Positions 23,499 through 33,709 of a DNA stretch of 64,000 nucleotides are shown here, piece by piece (the first letter of the stretch is position 1; every line of letters begins with the position of its first letter). The position numbers and the translations under genes were made by a program. The stretch spans positions 992,001 to 1,056,000 of the forward strand of contig CAWJPJ010000007.1 in the NCBI GenBank assembly GCA_963844715.1, written 5' to 3'. Below the pieces are notes generated by a model, which saw only the letters and a list, made by a program, of their open reading frames with translations, was not told the DNA's origin and made no database searches. This DNA is from an uncultured Phycisphaerales bacterium. Lineage in GTDB: Bacteria; Planctomycetota; Phycisphaerae; Tepidisphaerales; Tepidisphaeraceae.

Positions 23499-25049
23499 TG
23501 AAAGCCAATAGTAGTGAAAGCCAAGCAATGAAAACACTCGATCAATGGCGCGATCAGATCATGCGGCAAGCCCAGGGGATGCTGCGCCCGCGAAAAGTGA
23601 TCGGACTGGCGCTGGGAGAAAAATCGCTCCTGGCGGCGGAGGCATCCGCGACGCCTCAGCCTCGCGTCACGCTGCTCGAAGAATTCGTCTATCCGGCCGG
23701 AATAACGGACGCGCAGCCCGCCGAACTTGGGGCGGCTCTGGAGAAATTCCTGAAGGAAAAAGGGTTCACCGCCAAGGCCGCCGTGATTGGAATTCCCGTG
23801 CGATGGCTTCTGGTGCGCCGCAAGGAAGTCCCCCCTTCCGATGACGCGACCCTGATCGATTTGCTTCGGCTCGGCGCCGAGGCGGAATTCACCACGGAGA
23901 TCAAGGATCTGGTTTACGACTTTGCCGATTCCGGCAGCGCCGGATGTCACGGACGATGCCGGCAAACCCGCCGAGCGTTCCGTGCTTCTATTGGGCACGC
24001 AGAAAAAGCATGTCGAATCGGCGGCGGCGCTCTGCAAGGCGGCGCATCTGCGGCCGCTGGCGGTGACCGCTTCCGCTCTGGCCGTCGGCGAGGCGACCGC
24101 GGCGCAGGGGGTGGAGACGATGGTTCTGACCGCCTCGGCGTCGGGCTCCGAACTGTCCATGCAGCGAGGCGCTTCGCCCGTGGCGATCCGACACCTGCCC
24201 CCCCCGATCCGCAGCCGCCATTTTTGAGCGAACTTCGCCGCGCGGTTTCGACGATGACCGGCCCGGGCCGGCGCGATCTCGTTCTGTGGGATGCGGCGGG
24301 AGGAATGAACGCGCAACAGCTTGGCGATCAACTGGGCCTGCGCGTTCGCAACGGCGCGCTGGCCGAACTCGGCGTGGAAATCGCCGCCGCGGCTGCGGAG
24401 CGCGAACGGCGATGCGTCGAAGTATGCCGGCGCAGTCGCCCTGGCGCGTTCGGGATTGAGCGGAAAACAGACCGTCGATTTCCTGCATTCGCGGCTTTCG
24501 CCGCCGAAGCAGCCCCTGGTTCCCCGATGGGCGGTGATCGCGGGCGCGGCCGTTTTATTGGTCTTGATTTACGCCTTCTGGTGCTACGTCGACATGGCCC
24601 ACCAGGAGACCGATCTGGCGTCTCTCAACGCGACCCTAAAAAGCACCAAAGATCAAGTCGCAACCGCGCAGGCATTCGTCTCAAAGGTCTCGTTCGCCCA
24701 AAATTGGCACGGCGGCGAACCGCGATATCTTGTTTGTCTGCGCGATCTGACATCCGCCGTCTCCGACGACGGGCAGACCTACGCGACAACTCTTTCGCTG
24801 CGTGAAGCGAGTCACTCCGGCGCCGCGCCCGCCGGAAAAACCGGCAGCGACTGGCGGGCGTTGTCCGGCCAACTGGCTGGCCGCAGCAGCGATCAGCAGC
24901 GCATTCAGCGCCTGGTTGAACGAATCAAGCATACGCCGGGATTTTCGGATGTAACCCTGGTCGGCACCCAAAACGTCGTGCGCGAGCGATCGGTGACCTT
25001 CTCAATGTCGTTCACCTACGTCGCGCCTGCATTGGGCCGGACGGAATAG
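23498..25049 (+). CDS. gspL: GspL-like protein (PilM-like cytoplasmic domain, TM, PilN-like periplasmic domain), several frameshifts
   Basis: IGLALGEKSL actin-like start, YAGAVALA, TM helix, PilN-like C-terminus; gene order. Confidence 0.7.
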
Positions 25050-25061
25050 ATTGGAGTAGTC

Positions 25062-25610
25062 GTGGTTCTTTCGAAGCGTGAAAAATATATCGGCATCGGG
25101 GCGGTCGCCGCGATCGCGATCCTGGTGATTGACCAGTTCGTGGTCTCTCCGTACCTCGACCAGGTGGATGCGTCGAATCGCGATCTAACCAATGCCCGCC
25201 AGCAGGTCGCCGACAACAATCTGGTCTTCGAGCGGCAGCACAAATTGCAGCAGGTTTGGAACGACATGCAGACCGGCGGGCTGCAGGTCGATGAATCGCA
25301 GGCCGACAGTCAGGCGCAGATGGCGATTCTCCAGTGGGCGCAGCGCAGCGACGTCACCATCACAGCATTGAAGACCGAGCACGTTTCCCAGGAAAAAGCG
25401 TTTGAGGTGCTCAGCTACGACGTCACCGCGACCGGCTCCACGCCTGCCGTCGCGCACCTGCTCTGGGCGCTGGAGACGGCCACCATTCCGCTGCGGCTGA
25501 ACGAAGTGCAGATCTCCTCGCGGCCCGAAAATACCGACAACCTGACGGTCCGCATGAATATCTCGACGCTATCCCTGCCCGAGGCCAATTCAGCCGGGGA
25601 GGCGCAATGA
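25062..25610 (+). CDS. gspM: GspM/PilO-like protein
   Basis: LSKREK followed by a TM helix and coiled coil; follows gspL. Confidence 0.75.
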   Translation: MVLSKREKYIGIGAVAAIAILVIDQFVVSPYLDQVDASNRDLTNARQQVADNNLVFERQHKLQQVWNDMQTGGLQVDESQADSQAQMAILQWAQRSDVTITALKTEHVSQEKAFEVLSYDVTATGSTPAVAHLLWALETATIPLRLNEVQISSRPENTDNLTVRMNISTLSLPEANSAGEAQ

Positions 25611-26265
25611 ACATCCGCAAAATCGAAATTTGGATTCTGTCCGCGGTTCTCGCGTCCAGCTGCGCATTGGCCTGGAGCCAGACGACCACGACGCGCCAGC
25701 CGACGCCCGCGGGGATTTTCGCCGCCAGCGCTCCGCCGATCCATCTGGATCCGATTCACAACTTCGGATTCCCCAGCCGGCGGATATGTCGCGCGCGTTC
25801 GATCTGCTCAATTCGTACAGCCTGTTCGTCAAAGGCCGGCTCGAAAACACAGGCTCCAACTTCGGCGGCGGATCGTTCAATTCCCAGGCTCCCGAAAACG
25901 TGCTTGTCTTCACGGGCGTCACCGTCACCGATCACGCAACCGTCGGTTTCGTTGAAGACACCTCGCAGGGAACCGTCCGGCAGGTCAAGGTGGGCGACTC
26001 CATCGCTCAGGGCAAAATCACCGATATCACACTCAATGAACTTGTCTATCACGCGTCCGACGGACGGACTGTCCATGTCGCCGTCGGGCAAAACCTCCGC
26101 GGCGAAAGCGCGTTCGGTTTGATCTACGGGACCGGCATCGGCACCGCCGAACCTTCGGCAAGCGACCAGAACGTTGACGCCGGCACCGCCGCCCTGTTGG
26201 CGAAAATGCGGGCAAAGCGATTGCAGGAGATGGGCGTTGCTCCCGCGACTCAGCCGGCGCAATGA
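25607..26265 (+). CDS. GspC/PilP-like protein, frameshifted near 25730-25760
   Basis: Signal segment in frame 25607, then LVFTGVT...QVKVGDSIAQGKITDI (HR-domain-like) in frame 25630; precedes the secretin. Confidence 0.55.
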
Positions 26266-26296
26266 AGAGGGCTTTTTGGCGAATGAAAGGGCTGTT

Positions 26297-28759
26297 ATGA
26301 GAGGAATCGGTCGATCGGCGGCGTTGTGGAGTGCGGTGGCCGCGATATCGCTTGCCCCGCTCAGTTCGATGGCGCAAGTTGAGCCGTCTCCCGCGGATCA
26401 GGAGAACCCCGCGCCGACCACCGCGCCGGCGACGCGCATCAGCCTGAATTTCAAGGACGCGTCGCTCGACGCCGTCCTCGATTATCTCTCCCAGCAGGCG
26501 GGCTTTGAAGTGGTAAAGGTCACCCCCGTGACCGTCCACATCACGGAACTGATCAGCAAGCAACCGGTCACGCCCGAAGAGGCTGTGTCTCTGCTCAACA
26601 GCGTCCTGAACGCCAATGGTTACACCGCCATCCGCATGGGACGGATTTTGAAAATCGTCTCCCTCGATAAGGCCAAGAAGGAGAACGTCCCCGTTCATTT
26701 CGGCAACGATCCGGCGGAGATCGCCGATTCCGACGAGCTGATCACCCAGGTTATTCCGGTCCGTAGCGTCGATGCCGTGAAGTTGAAAACCGATTTGCAG
26801 CCCCTGATCAGCACCGATGCCGATTTCACCGCCAACGCCATGAGCAACACGCTCATCATGACGGACACGTCGGCCAATATCCGCCGCGTCGTCGAGATCG
26901 TCTCCAATCTCGACAAGCGTGACGCCCAGGCGAACAGCATCATCGTCAAGCAGCTCAAATACGCGGATGCCACGGCGGCGGCCAAGCTCGTGACCGACAT
27001 CTTCTCCCCCCAACAGCAGCAGACGCAGAACACCAATATTCCCAATCCCGGATTTTTCTTCCGCGGCTTCGGCGGCGGGGGCGGTGGAGGCGGCGGCGGA
27101 GGAGGATTCGGGCCGGGCGGCTTCGGCGGGGCGGCCGCGCGGCGGCGGCGCAGTCCGCCTCCCAGGACCAGGGACAAACCGGCAAAGTCACGGCATCCGC
27201 CGATACGCGGACCAATACCGTCGTCGTCAGCGGTCCCACCGACACGCTGAAAATCATCACCGACGTCCTGAGCCAACTCGACGCAAACCCCGCCGCAGAA
27301 GAAGATTTCTTCACCTACGCGGTCAACAACGGCCAGGCCGTGGACATGGCCGCGACGCTCAACGCCCTCTTCGGGGGCAGCGGAACGACGCCGAGCACTT
27401 CCAACAATCAGCGCAACCAGTACGGCACCGCCACCGGAAATCCCGTCAGCGGCAGCAACCGCAGTTCCGTCGGCGGCTTAGGCGGTGGAATCGGAACCAG
27501 CTTCGGCGGCGGAACAGGCGGCGGACTCGGGGGCTACGGCGGCGGCGGGGGGCTGGGAAGCTCCAACAGCAACCGCAACACCGGAACGAGCAGCCTGACC
27601 GCGAATCGCGGAATCTCCGGCGTCCCCGGTCTCACCGGCGGCGCGAACGGCGCCGCTGCCGAATCGGGACTCGCCCAACTCATCGGCCAGGTCTATGTCG
27701 TCCCGGATCAGGACACCAACTCGCTCCTCGTCGCCACCGCCACTAAATTTGAGCCCCAGGTCCGCGAAGTCATCGCCAAGCTCGATCGCCCCGTCCCGCA
27801 GGTGCTCATCAAGGTTCTCATCGCCGAAGTCACCCATGACAATTCCCAGGACCTCGGCGTTGATTTCTCCGGCTTGAACCTCGGGACCGGCGGGAATCTA
27901 AATACCCAAACCGGCCTCATCTCCTCGGGCCACGGCCAGGCGGGCAGCAGCATTCTGGCGCCGCCGCGGCCGCAGCAGCAGGGGCCGGCTCGACCAGCGC
28001 TCCCCCGGGAATGGTCGTAAACGTCCTGGCTAACAACCTCACCGCCACGCTCCAGGCGCTGTCCCAGCAAAATAAATTGGACGTCCTCTCGCGCCCTACA
28101 TTTTGACCAGCGACAATCAGGAAGCCGATATCACCGTCGGGAGCGAAGTCCCCTTTATCGACAACAGTTATGTCGACTCCAACGGTGGCACCCACAACAC
28201 CGTCCAATATCAGGACATCGGCATCATTCTGAGCGTGACCCCTCATATCAATCCCGAAGGCACCGTTGTCATGGAAGTCTCGCCGCAGATTTCGGCGTTG
28301 ACCGGCCAGACGGTGACCATCCAGGCGGGCGTGAACGCCCCCGTCTTCGAACTCCGCTCCGCTGATGCATATGTCGCCATCAAGGATGGACAAACCGTCG
28401 TCATCGGCGGCCTTATGCAGGACCAGAAAACCGACAACATCAGCGAGGTTCCCCTCCTCGGCGATATTCCTCTGCTCGGCAAACTTTTTCAATATCGCAC
28501 CACCAGCAAGACCAAGACCGAGTTGCTGATTTTCCTGACGCCGCATGTGGCGATGTCGCCCGGATCGCTGACCAAGATGTCCCAGGATGAAGCGAACGGT
28601 CTTAAGCTCACGCCCACGGCCGTTCAGCCCGGCGTGATGCAGGAGCAATTGGAAGGCATGGCTCGCGGATCGGCAACGCAACCGTCGATCCCGCTCCAAC
28701 TGCCCAACCCCAGCGGCTCGGGTTCCTCCTCAGGTCCGCCGTTGCCCGGCACTAAATAA
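26297..28759 (+). CDS. gspD: Secretin GspD, about 3 frameshifts
   Basis: ISLNFKDASL, LDRPVPQVLIKVLIAEV, DNQEADITVG, VVIGGL, VPLLGDIPLLGKLF, KTELLIFLTP. Confidence 0.9.
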
Positions 28760-28767
28760 ATGGCAGA

Positions 28768-29232
28768 ATGGAATCATGCGATTTGAGCTGCGTTGGGGCG
28801 GTGTTATTTCTGACGGCGGTTCTGGCCGGATGCCAGACAAAGCCCGCCGACAATCCATCCCCGTCTGGGATGGCCGCCGTCACCGACCCGTGCGCAACCC
28901 AATTGCACGACATCGCCGGCGACATCCTTTTGTATTACGCCCTCAATAAGCGCATGCCCGCCGAGTTGACCGACCTGCAAACCGTTGCCGACGCCGACAC
29001 GCCCCTTCATTTTGAATGCCCCGTCTCCGGCTTGCGCTACCTTTATTATCCGCTCGGCTTAATGTCCCCCGACGGCATGGGGGCCATCATCGTTTGTGAC
29101 CCGACGCCTGCCCACGACGGCAAACGCTGGTGTATCGTCGAGGGCGTGGCCCACGGCAAATCGCTCTCCCTCGATGTCGAAGAGCTGCCGGAGGCGATAT
29201 TCAGGCAATTCGGACCTGCCGGGGGGCAGTAA
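28768..29232 (+). CDS. Lipoprotein at the end of the T2SS cluster (candidate pilotin; pilin-head-like sequence)
   Basis: Lipobox LAGC; starts 9 nt after the gspD stop. Confidence 0.65.
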   Translation: MESCDLSCVGAVLFLTAVLAGCQTKPADNPSPSGMAAVTDPCATQLHDIAGDILLYYALNKRMPAELTDLQTVADADTPLHFECPVSGLRYLYYPLGLMSPDGMGAIIVCDPTPAHDGKRWCIVEGVAHGKSLSLDVEELPEAIFRQFGPAGGQ

Positions 29233-29242
29233 TTGGATTTAC

Positions 29243-29270
29243 TTGACAGGATTACTGAGAAACCTAAGAT
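29243..29270 (+). promoter_or_regulatory. Sigma70-type promoter upstream of the SAM riboswitch
   Basis: TTGACA-16 nt-TAAGAT. Confidence 0.65.
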
Positions 29271-29301
29271 TGTCATCTGACAATTCGAACTGAGTAAGAG
29301 A

Positions 29302-29414
29302 TCTTATCCAGAGTGGCCGAGGGTCGGGCCCGTCGACGCCACAGCAACCGTTTAGCGGCTTTTGAGCCGGATATGGTGCTAAATCCCGCCCCGAATGGTC
29401 GGGGGAAGATAAGA
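29302..29414 (+). ncRNA. SAM-I (S-box) riboswitch
   Basis: P1 TCTTATC...GATAAGA, CAGAG...GAGGG...GGCCC, CAGCAACC and GGTGCTAA conserved elements. Confidence 0.92.
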
Positions 29415-29441
29415 GGAGCCCCAACGTAAACTACGCCACAG

Positions 29442-29471
29442 CCTCTTCTTATCGGTAAGGAGAGGTTTTTT
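29442..29471 (+). terminator. Riboswitch-controlled intrinsic terminator
   Basis: CCTCTTCTTATCGGTAAGGAGAGG followed by TTTTTT; the 5' arm (TCTTATC) can alternatively pair with the P1 3' strand as an antiterminator. Confidence 0.85.
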
Positions 29472-29489
29472 GTTGGAGCAATTGGAACT

Positions 29490-30780
29490 ATGAGTTACGT
29501 GGTGGGTCTTAAGTGCAAGGAGTGCGGAAATCGGATTCCGGTTTCCCCGGAACACGTCTGCAAATCCTGCTTTGGACCGTACGAAGTTGAATACGACTAC
29601 GCGAAGATGAAGGGGAAAGTCACCCGGCAATCCATCGCCGCCGGCCCTCGAAGTTTGTGGCGATACAAGGATTTACTCCCCCTGGCAGGCGCCCCGCGCA
29701 CCGGCCTGAATTCGGGGTTCACCCCGTTTCGAAAAGCCGAGCGCGCTGGGAAAAGAACTCGGCTGCTCCGATCTCTGGATCAAAGACGATTCCTGCAACT
29801 ATCCCACATACTCATACAAGGAACGTGTCGTCTCCGTCGCCATTAGCAAGGCGGTTGAGTTTGGCTTCGACACCGTGGGCTGCGCCAGCACGGGGAATCT
29901 TGCCAACAGCACCGCCGCTCATGCCGCCATGGCCGGGCTTCGCTGCTTCGTCATGATTCCCCATGATCTCGAGCAGGGCAAAGTCCTCGGCAGCCTCATC
30001 TTCGGGCCAACAATGGTCCGCATTCGCGGCACCTACGACGACGTCAATCGGCTTTGCACGGAGATCGCCGACAAGTACGGCTGGGCGATTGTGAACGTGA
30101 ACCTCCGCCCGTATTACACCGAAGGCGCCAAAACCTACGGCTTCGAGATCGCCGAACAGTTCGGCTGGCGCCTCCCGCAGCACACGATTGTGCCGACGGC
30201 CGGTGGAACGATTCTCCCCAAGATTTACAAGGCGTATCAGGAATTGATCGAACTCGGTTTGGTCGAGGACAACAAGCCAAAAATTTATTCCGCGCAGGCG
30301 GCGGGTTGCAACCCGGTCGTCACTGCCATCCACAAGGGCGTCGATATTATCGAACCTCAGAAGCCGAACACGATTGCCAAGAGCATCGCCATCGGAAATC
30401 CAGCCGATGGATATTATGTCTGGCACGCCGTGAAGGATTCCGGGGGCTGGGGCGAAAGCGCGACGGATCGCGAAATCGTCGACGCCATCAAGCTTCTGGC
30501 GAAGCTCGAAGGCATCTGGACGGAGCCCGCCGGCGGCACCACGCTGGCGGCGGCGATCAAGCTCATCGGCCAGGGACGTATCCCCAAAAACGAATCCATC
30601 GTCATCAGCATTACCGGAAACGGGCTGAAAACTCTGGAAACGGTCCAGAACGATCTGGTGCCACCGGAAGTGATCGAGGCGAAATTGTCGGAATTCGATA
30701 AAATCCTTTCGCGCCAGGGCGGCACGGAAATTTCTGCCAGCGTCGCGCGGTCGTCCCCGCGGGCGCCGGCGGCGGTATAA
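29490..30780 (+). CDS. Threonine-synthase-like PLP enzyme (probable O-phosphohomoserine sulfhydrylase), frameshift near 29745
   Basis: N-terminal CxxC...CxxC, NYPTYSYKER PLP-Lys region, CASTGNLANS, TGNGLKT. Confidence 0.85.
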
Positions 30781-30808
30781 TGGCGGAAGCACGAAGCGAG
30801 GTTTTTTT

Positions 30809-31084
30809 ATGGGCGTGAAAGTCAGGATTCCCTCTCCGCTGCGGAGCTACACTCAAAACGCGGACGTCGTCGAAGTCGCCGGCGCCACCGTGGGCGAGGT
30901 GCTCAACGGTTTGAAAACCAAGGCCAGCGGCATCGAAACGCGCCTATTCAAGGGGCCGAATCAGCTCAATCGCTTCGTCAACGTTTATTTGAACGACGAG
31001 GATGTTCGGTTTTTGAAGAACCTGGATACGCCCGTGAAAGAAGGGGACGAGATCAGCATCGTGCCGGCGATCGCCGGCGGCTGA
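30809..31084 (+). CDS. MoaD/ThiS/CysO-family ubiquitin-like sulfur carrier
   Basis: RFVNVYLNDEDVRF; C-terminal PAIAGG. Confidence 0.92.
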   Translation: MGVKVRIPSPLRSYTQNADVVEVAGATVGEVLNGLKTKASGIETRLFKGPNQLNRFVNVYLNDEDVRFLKNLDTPVKEGDEISIVPAIAGG

Positions 31085-31096
31085 ACGAGTCGTATC

Positions 31097-31357
31097 ATGA
31101 GCGAAAGCGATTATTCCCGCCGCTGCTGGTTTACCTTCCCGACGCGCTCGCAGGTCGAGCAGCCGATCATCTGGCAGATGAGCCAAAAATTTCCCGGCGT
31201 TATATTCGATATTCGCCAGGCGAGCGTGCAAAACGAAATTGGAATCATGGCGGTATTGCTTACGGGGCCGGAGCGCGACGTCAAATCCGCCATCGAATTC
31301 GTCCGCTCCAGAGGGGTCACAGTCGAGCCGATCGAAAAAAGCGTTGTCGAGGGATAA
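31097..31357 (+). CDS. Standalone NIL-domain protein
   Basis: TFP...QPIIW..., FDIRQASV...GIMAVLL.G..., GVTVEP pattern; 86 aa. Confidence 0.8.
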   Translation: MSESDYSRRCWFTFPTRSQVEQPIIWQMSQKFPGVIFDIRQASVQNEIGIMAVLLTGPERDVKSAIEFVRSRGVTVEPIEKSVVEG

Positions 31358-31414
31358 GTCCCTCGCTTCGTCTCATCGTCTCTTAGTCTTAAGTTATCAT
31401 TTTAGAAAGAATTC

Positions 31415-33709
31415 ATGTCTGAAGAACTACGTAATAAAATATTAGAACACATTGAGTCCGGCGAGTATCGCCCGATCAAGCCGAGCCGGTTGGCTCGGCA
31501 AATGCAAATTACCGAGGAAGATCAGTATCACGCGTTTCGCGATGCACTGAAGGAATTGATGCACGCGGGGCGCGTCGTGCTCGGGTCGGGGGGAAGCGTT
31601 ATGCTCCCCTTGCAGCCGCTCCGCGCCGCCGGAATTGTGGGCACCTATCGCCACAACCCGCGCGGGTTCGGCTTCCTCTCACCCACCGATCCCACTTCCC
31701 ACGAGGACCTTTACATCCCCGAGGGGGAAAACGGCGGCGCCATCACCGGCGACATCGTTCGCGCCACCATCACCAACAAGCATCAGCGTGATGGGAAAAC
31801 GATGTATCGCGGGCGAATCGAGGAAATCATCAGCCGCTCGCAAAAGCGGTTTGTCGGGACCCTCGGCCGCTATCACGGCAAATGGCAGGTCCTGCCCGAC
31901 GGCAACACCCTGACCGCCCCAATTCTCACACCCGACGCCGCTGCCCGACACCTCAAGGAGGGCACGCAAGTCGTTGTCGAAATCACCGAATACCCCAAGC
32001 CGGGCGTGCTCGCACAGGGCGTCATCACCGAAATCCTCGGCCGGCGCGGCGAGAAGGACGTCGATCTCAGAAGCGTCATCATCCAGTTCAATCTGCCCGA
32101 AAAATTTCCGGAAGAAGCCCTCGATGAAGGCCGCCAGGCGATCGATATCTTCAACGCCAGGCAGGAATGGCGCGATCGCGTCGACCTATCCGGCGAAACG
32201 ATCTGCACGATCGACCCGGACGACGCCAAGGATTACGACGATGCGATCAGCCTGAAAAAGCTCCCCAGCGGAAATTGGGAACTCGGCGTGCATATCGCCG
32301 ACGTTTCGCATTTTGTCCCGCCGGGCAGCGCCCTCGATACCGAGGCGCAGCTGCGCGGAAATAGCTGCTATTTCCCCGGCTACGTCATTCCGATGTTGCC
32401 CGAGGTCTTATCCAACGGCGTATGCAGCCTTCAGGAGGGCGTTCCGCGCCTTTGCAAATCCGCGTTTATTACGTTGGATGACGACGCAAATCCCGTTTCG
32501 ACGCGTTTTGCCAACACAGTGATTCGCAGCGCCAACCGCCTGCGTTATCGCGAGGCTCAAGCCATCATCGATAACGCCGATGTGATCCCGCATCCGGACG
32601 GCCCGCGCAAGCGTGACAGTTACAGCCCGCGGGTCATCGAACTTTTGAATCAAATGAACGCCCTGGCCAAACGAATTCAAAAGCGCCGCGCGGCAGAGGG
32701 GCAGTTGGTCCTCGAATTGCCCGAGGTGGAACTGGTTTTGAACGACGAAGGGAGAGTCTCCGGCGCCGAGGCCGAGGATACGAGCTTCACCCACACACTG
32801 ATTGAGATGTTCATGGTCGAGGCCAACGAAGCCGTCGCCCGAGCGCTGGACAGCGTCAACGTCCCGTTCCTGCGCCGCATTCACCCCGAGCCGGAAATGG
32901 ACGACTCGACCCGCCTTCGACAATTCGTCGAAGCCGCCGGGTATAAGATTCCCAAAATTCTGGACCGGAAAGCCCTCCAGGCGCTTCTGGCGAGCGTCAG
33001 AGGGAAGCCCGAATCGTTCGCCGTGAATCTGGCGGTGCTAAAAAGTCTGACGCGGGCCGAGTATTCGCCCAAAGCCATTGGGCATTACGCGCTGGCCAGC
33101 CAGTTTTACTGTCATTACACCAGCCCGATCCGGCGTTACGCCGATCTGACGATCCATCGTCTGCTCGATCAATATATTCAAGCGCAGGACCAGGCGGGCG
33201 GAAAAAAGAAAGTGCATCTGGAAAATGTTCCCAGCGAGGATGACCTGGTTACGCTCGGCAAACACTTGAGCTTCACCGAGCACCGCGCCGACGACGCCGA
33301 GCGCGAACTCCGCCAGGTGAAGGTCCTCGCTCTTCTGGAAAACAAGGTCGGCTCCGATTTCCCCGGCGTCATCACCGGCATCACCAATTTCGGAATCTTC
33401 GTGCAGCTCACCACCTGGCTCATCGATGGACTTATCCGTTACGAAGATCTGATGGACGACTGGTGGGACGTCGACGAAGCCCGCGGCGCCATTCGCGGCC
33501 AGCGCACCGGGCGGCGCATCGGCATTGGCGATACCGCCACCGTCCGAATCGTCCGCGTCGATCCTCCGCGCCGGCAGCTTGACTTGGCGATTGTCGAACT
33601 CAAAGGAAAAGGCTCGCCAACCCCGCCACCGAAGGTAAAAAAACCTCATCGCAAGGGCGCGCCGAGAGGCAGATTCAGCGCCCCTCAGAAACGGCGGCGA
33701 TCGCGCTAG
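31415..33709 (+). CDS. rnr: Ribonuclease R
   Basis: TIDPDDAKDYDDAIS, HIADVSHFV, HYTSPIRRYADL, S1 domain and basic tail. Confidence 0.95.
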   Translation: MSEELRNKILEHIESGEYRPIKPSRLARQMQITEEDQYHAFRDALKELMHAGRVVLGSGGSVMLPLQPLRAAGIVGTYRHNPRGFGFLSPTDPTSHEDLYIPEGENGGAITGDIVRATITNKHQRDGKTMYRGRIEEIISRSQKRFVGTLGRYHGKWQVLPDGNTLTAPILTPDAAARHLKEGTQVVVEITEYPKPGVLAQGVITEILGRRGEKDVDLRSVIIQFNLPEKFPEEALDEGRQAIDIFNARQEWRDRVDLSGETICTIDPDDAKDYDDAISLKKLPSGNWELGVHIADVSHFVPPGSALDTEAQLRGNSCYFPGYVIPMLPEVLSNGVCSLQEGVPRLCKSAFITLDDDANPVSTRFANTVIRSANRLRYREAQAIIDNADVIPHPDGPRKRDSYSPRVIELLNQMNALAKRIQKRRAAEGQLVLELPEVELVLNDEGRVSGAEAEDTSFTHTLIEMFMVEANEAVARALDSVNVPFLRRIHPEPEMDDSTRLRQFVEAAGYKIPKILDRKALQALLASVRGKPESFAVNLAVLKSLTRAEYSPKAIGHYALASQFYCHYTSPIRRYADLTIHRLLDQYIQAQDQAGGKKKVHLENVPSEDDLVTLGKHLSFTEHRADDAERELRQVKVLALLENKVGSDFPGVITGITNFGIFVQLTTWLIDGLIRYEDLMDDWWDVDEARGAIRGQRTGRRIGIGDTATVRIVRVDPPRRQLDLAIVELKGKGSPTPPPKVKKPHRKGAPRGRFSAPQKRRRSR

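Noticed and set aside
16500..27560. Poly-Gly GGC tracts in the Spy-like gene and gspD as phase-variable repeats
   Set aside because: They are in-frame, mixed-codon low-complexity linkers rather than pure slippage tracts.
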